DNA of 48,185 nucleotides, taken from positions 1 through 48,185 of the forward strand of contig CAZIRV010000001.1 in the NCBI GenBank assembly GCA_964541845.1, read 5' to 3'. The DNA comes from an uncultured Planctomycetales bacterium (GTDB lineage Bacteria > Omnitrophota > Gorgyraeia > Zapsychrales > Zapsychraceae). A program made the translations under genes and the position numbers. The notes under the pieces were generated by a model. That model did not search any database. It worked only from the letters and a program-made list of their open reading frames with translations, and was not told where the DNA came from. Shown here one piece after another: positions 8,972-17,733 of this stretch; position 1 is the stretch's first letter, and each line of letters starts with the position of its first letter.

Positions 8972-9580
8972 CTAAAATTTTATTAACCGCCCCAAACCCG
9001 AATGAGGATAACCATTTTTATATTTAAAATAAATGATTTTTTTTTCAAACTTTGTCCCTTTAAACCAAGGTTCATCACTTCCCCAAACTGCCCGGGTATC
9101 TGTCATAACGCTTAAGCCATTATCGCAAACAATAAATGTAACCGGTAAGTCAAAGTTAACAGCATACTTAACCGATTCATGAAAAATCCCTGTTTCAGCT
9201 GACATCTCTCCACAAAAAATATAGGCCCGTCCTTTTTTATTATTCTTTTTTAAAGACCATGCCGCGCCGACGGCTGTTCCCATTAAACTCCCCACAATAC
9301 CGGAAGAAAACATCTTATATTCCGGGAAACATAATGCAATACTTTTTCCATCCATAATAGCCTGCTTGACTTCTTCCCGAGGGACCCCCTTTAGAAGGGC
9401 AAGCTCATGCGTATCCCAGTAACCAAAAATATAATCATCATCCCCGATATGTTCATCCTTAAAAATCTTGATTAATTGCTCTTCCCGCCCAGCACGTAAA
9501 TGGACAGGGGCCTTGATTTTTCCTTGCCCAAAAATATCTGCAATTTCTTTCTCAAAATTTACTAAATCTTCCTTCTCCAT
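8972..9580 (-). CDS. ThDP-enzyme E1 alpha-like subunit (diphosphate-binding domain, truncated)
   Basis: ThDP motif FCGEMSAETGIFHESVKYAVNFDLPVTFIVCDNGLSV (GDG-X25-NN type). The start was moved to the ATG at 9580, which has GGAGG 6 nt upstream. The track ATG at 9595 has no SD. Confidence 0.65.
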   Translation of the reverse strand: MEKEDLVNFEKEIADIFGQGKIKAPVHLRAGREEQLIKIFKDEHIGDDDYIFGYWDTHELALLKGVPREEVKQAIMDGKSIALCFPEYKMFSSGIVGSLMGTAVGAAWSLKKNNKKGRAYIFCGEMSAETGIFHESVKYAVNFDLPVTFIVCDNGLSVMTDTRAVWGSDEPWFKGTKFEKKIIYFKYKNGYPHSGLGRLIKF

Positions 9581-9649
9581 AAATAACCTCCACATCTATT
9601 TTGCCATTCCAGCGAAACATTTTGATATGCCGTGAACGGTTACAAATCT

Positions 9650-10594
9650 CTATACTCCATTTTCAGAAAACCATTGAATCGTTTTAGCCAATCCCTCTCT
9701 TAATTTCACTTTTGGTTTCCATTTTAAATATTTTTTAGCTCGTGAAATATCCGGGCGCCGCTGTTTAGGATCATCGGTTGGAAGGGATTCATAAACAATT
9801 TTACTTTTTGTTCCTGATAATTCGACTACTAATTTTGCAAATTCCAAAATTGTAAATTCATCTGGATTGCCAACATTAACAGGATCATTTGTATTGGAAT
9901 ATAACAAACGAACGATTCCTTCGACTAAATCTGAATAATAGCAAAATGATCTTGTTTGTTTTCCCTTACCATAAATAGTCAATGGTTTATTATGTGACGC
10001 TTGATAGATAAAATTTGGAACCACCCGCCCATCATTAATACGCATTCGAGGTCCATACGTATTAAATATCCTAAGAATTCGTGTATCAATATTATGATAA
10101 CGATGATATCCCATGACAATGGCCTCGGAAAAACGCTTGGCCTCATCATAGCACCCTCGTGGCCCCACAGGATTCACGTGCCCCCAATAGGTTTCTTTTT
10201 GTGGATGAACCTGCGGATCTCCATAAACTTCTGACGTTGAGGCAATCAAATAACGCGCTTTTTTCAATTTCGCGAGACCTAAAGTATTATGTGTCCCTAA
10301 AGAACCCACTTTTAAAGTAGGGATTGGATACTTTAAATAATCTACAGGACTTGCCGGTGACGCGAAATGTAGAATATAATCTATTTTTCCAGGAATTTTA
10401 AACTCCTTAGAAACATCATGCCTAATAAAATCAAAATTTTTATTTTTAGACAAATGCTTAATGTTCTTTAAACTTCCTGTAATCAAATTATCAACACAAA
10501 AAACTCTACATTCCTCTTCAATAAATCGATCACAAAGATGACTGCCTAAAAACCCTGCTCCTCCGGTAATGACAATAACTTTTTTTCTTGACAT
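9650..10594 (-). CDS. UDP-glucuronate decarboxylase (UDP-xylose synthase-like SDR)
   Basis: [19 protein letters not shown], catalytic YDEAKR, and overall UXS-like sequence. Start set at MSRKK (ATG 10594) because the longer track ORF runs into the ugd coding end. Confidence 0.85.
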   Translation of the reverse strand: MSRKKVIVITGGAGFLGSHLCDRFIEEECRVFCVDNLITGSLKNIKHLSKNKNFDFIRHDVSKEFKIPGKIDYILHFASPASPVDYLKYPIPTLKVGSLGTHNTLGLAKLKKARYLIASTSEVYGDPQVHPQKETYWGHVNPVGPRGCYDEAKRFSEAIVMGYHRYHNIDTRILRIFNTYGPRMRINDGRVVPNFIYQASHNKPLTIYGKGKQTRSFCYYSDLVEGIVRLLYSNTNDPVNVGNPDEFTILEFAKLVVELSGTKSKIVYESLPTDDPKQRRPDISRAKKYLKWKPKVKLREGLAKTIQWFSENGV

Positions 10595-10604
10595 ATGTCT
10601 CCCT

Positions 10605-11936
10605 TCAAGCCTTTTTAACATACCCCCGTCCGATACCATGGTATTCAAATCCAACTTCTTCTAAATCTTTATCATCGTAAAAATTTCGACCATCAAATAG
10701 TATGGATTGCTTCATTAATGTTCCGATTTTTTTAAAATTTAATTTTTTAAATTCTTCCCATTCTGTTAACAATAACAAACAATCACACCCCTTCGCCACC
10801 TCGTAAGGATCCTTACAGTACGTGATCCCCTTAAAAATTTTCCTGGAATTTGCCACGGCCTCAGGATCATAGGCTTTAATTTTTGCCCCTTCACTCTGAA
10901 GCTCCTCAATAATATCTATTGAGGGCGCGTTACGCATATCATCTGTATCCGGTTTAAACGCTAATCCCAAAATGCCAATGGTTTTTCCTTTAATAATCCA
11001 TAACTTATCTTCAATACACCGAAGAAAAGCAGATTTTTGTTCTTCATTCGCATTCCGAACTTCTTTTAAAAGATTAAAATCATAGCCGCTCTTCTCACTC
11101 AACCGAATAAAGGCATCCACATCCTTTGGAAAACAACTTCCGCCATAACCGATTCCCGCGTTAAGAAAAGCGCGTCCGATACGTTTATCATATCCCATCC
11201 CTTCAGTTACCTTCAAAACATCCGCTCCTACACGATCACAAATTTGCGACAAGGCATTAGCAAAAGAAATCTTTGTTGCTAAAAAAGAATTTGAGGCATG
11301 CTTAATAATTTCTGCGGAGTTAATATTGGTCACTACCATTTTAGGCTTAAGCGGTTTATAAATTTCTCTTAAAATTTTTTCCGCTTTTTTACTTTCAACC
11401 CCAATAACCACCCTGTCAGGGTTCATAAAATCACCCAGGGCAGAGCCTTCTCTTAAAAACTCCGGATTAGAAGCAACATCAAAATCTAATGTAACCTTAT
11501 TTCCTTTTCGAAATTTCTTTGGCAAATTAGCTTTAATGGTGCGTTCAATACGCTTGCCTGTTTCAGCCGGAACGGTTGATTTTTCAATAATAAGCTTGTA
11601 AGAATCCATGCTAAGCGCGATTTCACGGGCCACATTCTCAACATACGTTAGATCAGCATCCCCATTTTTCTTTGATGGCGTTCCTACCGCTATAAAAATA
11701 GCCTCTGACTGTTTTGCTGCTGATTTAATAGAGGTCGAAAACGAAAGCCTCTTATTTTTTAAATATTTCTTTAAAAGTTCTTCAAGACCCGGTTCATAAA
11801 TAGGCACTTTCCCAGCCCTCAATTTCTTAACCTTCTCGGCAATGTTATCCACACAAATCACATGATGACCAATATGCGCAAAACATACCCCCGTGACTAA
11901 CCCAACATATCCTGATCCCACGATTGCTATATTCAT
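10605..11936 (-). CDS. ugd: UDP-glucose 6-dehydrogenase
   Basis: 443 aa. N-terminal [16 protein letters not shown] and the catalytic Cys motif GGSCFPKD. Confidence 0.92.
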   Translation of the reverse strand: MNIAIVGSGYVGLVTGVCFAHIGHHVICVDNIAEKVKKLRAGKVPIYEPGLEELLKKYLKNKRLSFSTSIKSAAKQSEAIFIAVGTPSKKNGDADLTYVENVAREIALSMDSYKLIIEKSTVPAETGKRIERTIKANLPKKFRKGNKVTLDFDVASNPEFLREGSALGDFMNPDRVVIGVESKKAEKILREIYKPLKPKMVVTNINSAEIIKHASNSFLATKISFANALSQICDRVGADVLKVTEGMGYDKRIGRAFLNAGIGYGGSCFPKDVDAFIRLSEKSGYDFNLLKEVRNANEEQKSAFLRCIEDKLWIIKGKTIGILGLAFKPDTDDMRNAPSIDIIEELQSEGAKIKAYDPEAVANSRKIFKGITYCKDPYEVAKGCDCLLLLTEWEEFKKLNFKKIGTLMKQSILFDGRNFYDDKDLEEVGFEYHGIGRGYVKKA

Positions 11937-11938
11937 TT

Positions 11939-14056
11939 TTACTCTCCTTCTGAACTTTGTGAACCAGCCTTCCGTTTATTAAAACTTGAGCCGAAAACAT
12001 CTAGAACCATATCTGGAAATGCCTTTAGCCGAAATATTATCCAGATTTCGTTCCCCCTTTTTCTTCTTTCATTAAAATTAACTTCCACTTTCCAGGCATG
12101 CATGTCTCGGATAACGGTAAATCTCTGTTCCTTAAGAATCCCATTTCTGACATCAAACCGCATATATGTTTTGGTCGTCCACTTCGGATTTAGTTTATAA
12201 AAAAATTCTGTTGTTAACTGATCATCCGCGTTACGATTCCATCTCTTTCCAATATTTGCATGCCATTTATTTCCGCCATTGATGTACATATCAAAATTTA
12301 CCGTACTTAACCTGTCATTATACGTATCGTAAACAGAGTCTAAATAAAACGTCACCCAATTCAATGGTTTAAAATCAATATCTGCTCTAATAGCTCCAAA
12401 ACCTCCCTTGGAAGAAGATTCTTTTAAATTAAAAGGACTACTTAGAACAAAACGTAGCAACTCTACAACCTTTCTATTACGTTTAGTCTGCAATTTATTT
12501 TCAAGTGAAAAATTAATGCTATGCACGTTAGAAAGACTGTCAACACCATCAAACGAATCTAACTGTGAAGATGGAATGGTTGGGTTTCCCTGATAATTAT
12601 AAGAGATACTCGGGGTAATAATATGACGTAGCCGATTTATATTTACGCCTAACGCATTTGTCTTAACATCAAAAACTTTATAGAATTTCGTACTTAAACT
12701 TGCACCTGTTTTAAAAATTCCTCGAATAGAATTATATTGGTCCTTATTTTTAGCCCGACTATAATACGTCTGTTGAGAACCAATATAAGGCTTAAACTCT
12801 ATAAAACCAATCTTCATTGGATAAGATAATTCACTATCTGTATGCAGGCGCATCGTCTTTGTCCGCGCCTCACTCGGAGCGGCAGTCTTTTTAATCAAAT
12901 TTGAATATGTAGTTACATTTTTTAGATAAAGACCTGTGCCCCAAAGTTCTTGATTCCCAAGATCATAACGCAACTCCGGAAGCCGCTCAACCAATGATTC
13001 AAACCGATTTGCCCGTATATCCGTTCGAAAACTTAACGCCCCTTTTGGCAACGTCCGTGTTAATAAAAAAAAGGTGTTCGGCGTCGGTTCCTTATAATTT
13101 TCTCTTCTAAAATAATCCCTCAAAAGAGTACTGTCGCTCAACTTATAATACTGCATAATAGCATTCGTTTTTTTATCAATTTTCCATTTATGCCGCCATT
13201 GCACTCTAAAACGTTCCCGCTCAATAGTTGGACTTGGACGCGGTTGGAAAAACCGCTTAGAAGTAATATTTCGTTCATTCATATAGTATGTTCGAATAGA
13301 TCCTTCCCCTATATTTGACGTTTTATAATTAACGTCAACTCCCCAGGCAATATCCTTTTTTTCCCGGGCATCAAGATGAATGACTCCTTTCAAATTCTTA
13401 TTTAAATTATATCTCCAGGAAGATAAAACAAACATCCCCCATTTTTTATCAAACCCTGGGGTAAAAGTAACTCGCGGCTTTTCATTTTTCAGACTCTGGG
13501 AAAATCGTGGCAAAAACAGCATAGGAACCTTACCCAAAAACATCCGCACATTCCGTGCCACCATCTTATCTCCAGGGTAAATATCCATTTTACGTGAAGC
13601 CATCCCATAATGCGGCTTATCATAATCACACGTAGTGATAAAACCATCTTTCATCACCATGTGATTTTCATTAATCTTTGAAATAGTTTTCCCCGTTCCA
13701 TAATAAGGGTCCGCAATAATTTTTGCTCCCTGAAACTCTCCGGTCATCTCAGCAAAATTAAACGTCATCTCGTTACCTTCAATTTCGCCTTTCGGCATCA
13801 CTAAACGCACATTCCCATTAGCATAAGCGATACTGGTTTTACGAGAAAACTCTATCCTATCCCCCATTAAAGTTGTGTCTCCACGCACAACAACGACGTT
13901 GCCACTAGCAATGACAGTCTGCCCATTCTTTGAATACTCCATCACATCTCCGTTTAACTCAACACTTTCCCCTTGCTTTTGAGCGATAGCTTGTGTTGAA
14001 AAAAAAAGAATTATTATTGGAATAAGAAAAAAAGAAAAGGGTTTAGAAAATTTCAT
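11939..14056 (-). CDS. lptD: LPS-assembly outer-membrane protein LptD (OstA family)
   Basis: 705 aa. Signal peptide, N-terminal OstA-like beta-jellyroll repeats (GDVxxxxxxxxxxGDxIE) and a large C-terminal barrel region. Confidence 0.8.
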   Translation of the reverse strand: MKFSKPFSFFLIPIIILFFSTQAIAQKQGESVELNGDVMEYSKNGQTVIASGNVVVVRGDTTLMGDRIEFSRKTSIAYANGNVRLVMPKGEIEGNEMTFNFAEMTGEFQGAKIIADPYYGTGKTISKINENHMVMKDGFITTCDYDKPHYGMASRKMDIYPGDKMVARNVRMFLGKVPMLFLPRFSQSLKNEKPRVTFTPGFDKKWGMFVLSSWRYNLNKNLKGVIHLDAREKKDIAWGVDVNYKTSNIGEGSIRTYYMNERNITSKRFFQPRPSPTIERERFRVQWRHKWKIDKKTNAIMQYYKLSDSTLLRDYFRRENYKEPTPNTFFLLTRTLPKGALSFRTDIRANRFESLVERLPELRYDLGNQELWGTGLYLKNVTTYSNLIKKTAAPSEARTKTMRLHTDSELSYPMKIGFIEFKPYIGSQQTYYSRAKNKDQYNSIRGIFKTGASLSTKFYKVFDVKTNALGVNINRLRHIITPSISYNYQGNPTIPSSQLDSFDGVDSLSNVHSINFSLENKLQTKRNRKVVELLRFVLSSPFNLKESSSKGGFGAIRADIDFKPLNWVTFYLDSVYDTYNDRLSTVNFDMYINGGNKWHANIGKRWNRNADDQLTTEFFYKLNPKWTTKTYMRFDVRNGILKEQRFTVIRDMHAWKVEVNFNERRKRGNEIWIIFRLKAFPDMVLDVFGSSFNKRKAGSQSSEGE

Positions 14057-14155
14057 TTACGCTTAAAAATTTGTAAAAAATAACCAGTGCCTATTTAATA
14101 AAGCGCACCGTCAATCGAATGGTTTAAAGTGTATCGGTTATTCATTTACAAACCC

Positions 14156-14299
14156 TTAGGTCGTAGGCATAAATAATACCAATGCCATTAAATAGTCGTA
14201 CTATTTTAAAGTTGCTATTCTCGTTAATGCGTCGAGAAAAGCAAAATGAATTTCGGTAATTATTTAATAGCATTGGTATCATTTATGCCTACGACCTAA
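14156..14299. repeat. Palindromic element copy A (core 14176-14279) with a 20-bp extended outer stem
   Basis: Core termini ataccaatgccattaaata / tatttaatagcattggtat, and inner stem ttgctattctcg / cgagaaaagcaa. The outer arms 14156-14175 and 14280-14299 pair with one mismatch. The right arm includes the ROK stop codon. Confidence 0.9.
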
Positions 14300-15221
14300 C
14301 AATAGAGTCCTTCACTAAAACCTGTGCACCGATAATCCCGGCATCATCCCCTAATTTTGCCCTAACTATTTTTACCATGCCCGCTTGAACCTTCATCGCA
14401 CGCTTCTTAATAATTTTATTAATAGTCGGCCCTAAATACTTATAATTATTCGATACCCCGCCACCAACAATAATTAAACTGGGATTCAATAAATTAACAA
14501 CCCCAACAAACGCATTCCCGATATGCGTAGCCGTTTCTTCCCAAAACTGAACTGCCCGCACGTTCCCATGCTCTGCTAACGCAAAAACATCAGGGAGTTG
14601 AATATTTTTATTTTTAAAAATTTTACCGGCTCGGGCCATTAGATAACGATTTCCCACATAACGTTCAAAGCACGCTTCCCCACCACAATTACAACCAGGT
14701 CCTTTTTCATTTAATGGCATGTGCCCTAACTCTCCCGCGACAAATCCTTCCCCTCGATATAAAAGTCCGTTTAAAATTAATCCACTGCCTACCCCTGTTC
14801 CAAGAGTCATACATAATAAATTCTCTTTTCCCTTTCCCGCACCAAATTTCCATTCCGCTAATGTCACCAAATTTACATCATTATCAATAAAGACTGGAAC
14901 CCCTGTTTCCTTCGCTATAATTTGCTTCAATGGAACATTTTTCCATCCCGAAATATTTGGTAAGAACGTTACAATCCCTTTTTCCGGATTTACTAACCCG
15001 GGAAACCCAAACCCTATTCCTAAAACATTCTTCTTATTCAATCTTTTTTCTTCAAGAAGTTCCTCAATAGCAAGGATTACTGCTTTAATTAACTTATTTT
15101 TATTTTGCGAACAACTTTCTGTCTTTAATACAGTTCTGGCTACAATCTTTCCTGAAGAACCCACTAAACCCACTTTAATATTTGTCCCTCCAATATCAAC
15201 CCCAACCGTCACTTGACTCAT
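14289..15221 (-). CDS. ROK-family sugar kinase (glucokinase-like)
   Basis: N-terminal VGVDIGGTNIKVGLV and the ROK Zn/Cys motif GHMPLNEKGPGCNCGGEACFERY. Confidence 0.88.
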   Translation of the reverse strand: MSQVTVGVDIGGTNIKVGLVGSSGKIVARTVLKTESCSQNKNKLIKAVILAIEELLEEKRLNKKNVLGIGFGFPGLVNPEKGIVTFLPNISGWKNVPLKQIIAKETGVPVFIDNDVNLVTLAEWKFGAGKGKENLLCMTLGTGVGSGLILNGLLYRGEGFVAGELGHMPLNEKGPGCNCGGEACFERYVGNRYLMARAGKIFKNKNIQLPDVFALAEHGNVRAVQFWEETATHIGNAFVGVVNLLNPSLIIVGGGVSNNYKYLGPTINKIIKKRAMKVQAGMVKIVRAKLGDDAGIIGAQVLVKDSIVRS

Positions 15222-15274
15222 AATCCTTTGTATCCTTTACAGTTTCACTTCAAAATAAAAATTTTTATTTATGT

Positions 15275-15303
15275 ATTGTACACGATAACTTCCGACGCTT
15301 CAA
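15275..15303 (-). promoter_or_regulatory. Putative sigma70 promoter upstream of the ROK kinase gene
   Basis: The minus strand reads TTGAAG, a 17-nt spacer, then TACAAT (-35 at 15298-15303, -10 at 15275-15280). This sits about 50 nt upstream of the ATG at 15221. Confidence 0.5.
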
Positions 15304-15435
15304 CTGGAAACTTACAATTTTACAATTTTGGTGTTGTCCGCTACTTTCACCAAAAAAATAAGCAGAAATGATTTCCCTAATTTTTATTATGTTCCTGAGA
15401 GAGGATGTAAAATAAAACAGGAAAATTATTTTTGC

Positions 15436-15618
15436 TTATTTCCCAACTCCTGCTTTTTTAAGAATCCACATCATCGGACACCAGTTTGTAAAAGCTGACT
15501 GCAATAAATTCAAGCCGATAAAAACTGTAAACCATAACCATCCCGAATTGACATAATGCGCTAACAGCAGACTCAATAAAATAAACCCTCCAGCAATCCC
15601 TCTTAATGTTCTTTCCAT
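15436..15618 (-). CDS. DUF2892 (YgaP C-terminal-like) small membrane protein
   Basis: 60 aa with two TM segments and the conserved W/CP motif (LLQSAFTNWCPMMWILKKAG). Confidence 0.7.
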   Translation of the reverse strand: MERTLRGIAGGFILLSLLLAHYVNSGWLWFTVFIGLNLLQSAFTNWCPMMWILKKAGVGK

Positions 15619-15633
15619 GATAACCCCTTTTTT

Positions 15634-16923
15634 TTAAAAACTATACCTTGCTCTCACATACACATTTTTATTCTTCTTCATTTGACCAAATTCTGTAATA
15701 TCATCTTCACCCCAAGGAATATTAGCCCCTAAACTTAGTTTCCACTGATCAGTCGCGTCATAACTAACGCTGGGACGAATATACCCATCCTTATCTGACG
15801 GCGAATAAAAATTAAATAAAGAAACGGTGACGGTTTGATTTTTATACAGCTTGGTAATTCGCTGTGTGAGCAAATGTCTAAACTCATCAAATACAAAATC
15901 TGTCGGCAATAAATTTTTACTGTAATTATTATAATTGAGTCTTTGTTCATACAAATATTGAAATCCTACTTTCAAATCATGACCTAGATCTTTTTCATAT
16001 CCACTTAGAATTTTAACCATTGAATTTGCTATCAACCGATCACTGCCATTGGCATCTTCCCGGGAATTATAATAACCAAATTCAATATTTCCTATTCCAT
16101 TGGCAAATGGCCCGCGCACACTCCAACCATAGACATCCAGTCTTCGGTAAAACAGTTCTCTGGCTGCCTCATTTTTTGTACTTATCGCGTTTTTATCAAA
16201 CCCTCGAAAATAATAAAAAGCTAATTCATTACTTCCAAGACTTCGATAATAGCGTAAATAATATTCATTGTTCGACAATTTCAATGCCGGTTCTAATAAA
16301 TCTCTATCAGAGTTTATGCCGGCAATACCTCCTTGAAACTGATCAAAAAAGGACAATCGATCCCCTTTTGCTTGTGTATTTTGTTCAAATGTTGAAACAA
16401 TAAAATCCACATTTCCCCACGTGGGATACAATGATAATTTTAAAGCATCCGAAGGTTTCTTTAAATATTCATCATTACGGCCAGAAAAAAAAGAAATGTA
16501 ATCCTTTGGGAAAAGGTCATTTACAAACAAATAATCCCCTGTTCCCCATGTAAGCACCTGACGCCCCAGCTTCATATCCATAAAATCATACGGCGTTAAA
16601 GATAGATTCAATCCCCTTAAATCAAACTCCGTCTTTCCAGAGAAATATTCGTCCATAGTAAAATCACCCTTAAAATTGACCGAGGCCCCTTTTTCTGACA
16701 AATAATGATCTCCTTTGAAAAAATAAGATGATTTAAGCTGTAATCGCTGTTCAAATAAATTAAAATCATCCCTCTTGGTATTATCATCACTAGCCTTAAC
16801 TCCATAATCAAACTCAAAAAATCCATGCATTTCAGGAAGAGCGGATATTGCCCAGTTTGGACTAGCTATTAGACTAATGAATAAAATAAATAATTGAACC
16901 GCGTATTTCCTTATTGAATCCAT
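15634..16923 (-). CDS. Putative outer-membrane beta-barrel (porin-like) protein
   Basis: 429 aa. Signal peptide, alternating aromatic/polar beta-strand pattern, and the OMP signature C-terminus ...YVRARYSF. Overlaps the LolA-like gene by 13 nt. Confidence 0.55.
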   Translation of the reverse strand: MDSIRKYAVQLFILFISLIASPNWAISALPEMHGFFEFDYGVKASDDNTKRDDFNLFEQRLQLKSSYFFKGDHYLSEKGASVNFKGDFTMDEYFSGKTEFDLRGLNLSLTPYDFMDMKLGRQVLTWGTGDYLFVNDLFPKDYISFFSGRNDEYLKKPSDALKLSLYPTWGNVDFIVSTFEQNTQAKGDRLSFFDQFQGGIAGINSDRDLLEPALKLSNNEYYLRYYRSLGSNELAFYYFRGFDKNAISTKNEAARELFYRRLDVYGWSVRGPFANGIGNIEFGYYNSREDANGSDRLIANSMVKILSGYEKDLGHDLKVGFQYLYEQRLNYNNYSKNLLPTDFVFDEFRHLLTQRITKLYKNQTVTVSLFNFYSPSDKDGYIRPSVSYDATDQWKLSLGANIPWGEDDITEFGQMKKNKNVYVRARYSF

Positions 16924-17699
16924 TTTGTGGGGGCCTTTCGTAAATATCTTTCTGCAAAAATATTTTCTGTTAATCCTACATCATATTTAACATTTGAAAA
17001 ATCCATCTCCGTTTCCCCTTTCCGTTGGTAATCTTTGGCAATAGACTTCACCACTGTTGGATACCCCTGAATATTTTCAACCTTTAATGCCTTAATACTC
17101 CGAAGAAGTTGATCATTACTATCATAATATTCTGCTTTCACAGGAAGAAAACTGGCTTTATCTATCCAAATAAAATAATAGGCAAATGCCAATCCTTTTA
17201 AATTTTTAGGTACATTTTTAATCTTATATAATTGATCTGTTGAGTCCACCAACGTATGCGTATCATCCTCTATATCCCGTCCTGAAATATCTTCATACAC
17301 AAAATGAGAACCAACAAAACTGGAACGTTTATCACTGGAGGCAATCCTTTTTACCAAATCCAGGGCCGGTAAATATAACCATCGGTCATCATCGTTATTC
17401 AGATGTTTCCAAACCATATAAACCATTTTGGCGACATCAGCAGGTTTTTTAAAATAAACATAGAATTTTTGCGCCCCTCCTTCTTTAATATTAAGACGCA
17501 TAATACGAAACTCTCGAACTCGTTTTCTTCCTTGTGAATCGGTAATAGTCATTTTCACATCTGATAGTCCGTCTTTCCCTTCATAATAAGCCGCTAAGTT
17601 TGCCTTCGTTACAATTTCATTAACAGATAATTCTTGAGCTTGAACATAAGAACCCATCCCTAAAAATAAAACTACCATAATACCCATCAATTTTTTCAT
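16911..17699 (-). CDS. Outer-membrane lipoprotein-sorting (LolA-like) periplasmic protein
   Basis: 262 aa with signal peptide MKKLMGIMVVLFLGMGSYVQAQ. The sequence pattern is that of the LolA_like family usually encoded next to MMPL/RND exporters. Confidence 0.65.
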   Translation of the reverse strand: MKKLMGIMVVLFLGMGSYVQAQELSVNEIVTKANLAAYYEGKDGLSDVKMTITDSQGRKRVREFRIMRLNIKEGGAQKFYVYFKKPADVAKMVYMVWKHLNNDDDRWLYLPALDLVKRIASSDKRSSFVGSHFVYEDISGRDIEDDTHTLVDSTDQLYKIKNVPKNLKGLAFAYYFIWIDKASFLPVKAEYYDSNDQLLRSIKALKVENIQGYPTVVKSIAKDYQRKGETEMDFSNVKYDVGLTENIFAERYLRKAPTKWIQ

Positions 17700-17733
17700 T
17701 TTCTTGCCTCCTTTTTATACCAATGCCAAATTA

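Noticed and set aside
5855-9580. Phosphonate (AEP/fosfomycin-like) biosynthesis, suggested by ThDP decarboxylase + B12-rSAM methyltransferase + DegT-family enzyme + nucleotidyltransferase.
   Set aside because: No PEP mutase gene is present. The ThDP pair has E1 alpha/beta-type motifs rather than the phosphonopyruvate or sulfopyruvate decarboxylase type.
14156-14299. Integron attC site: the extended palindrome of copy A ends in GTTAGGT / ACCTAAC, which resemble the GTTRRRY and RYYYAAC core sites.
   Set aside because: The order is wrong: it is 5'-GTT...AAC-3' on either strand, whereas attC is 5'-RYYYAAC...GTTRRRY-3'. Copies B-D lack these ends. There is no intI integrase and no cassette-like promoterless ORF array.
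14719-15216. 165-aa + strand ORF antisense to the ROK kinase. The same applies to 47060-47512, antisense to rsmE, and to the other + strand ORFs of 60-130 aa.
   Set aside because: They lie entirely inside well-supported minus-strand genes. Their translations are low-complexity P/S/F/I-rich sequence, and there are no start-site signals.
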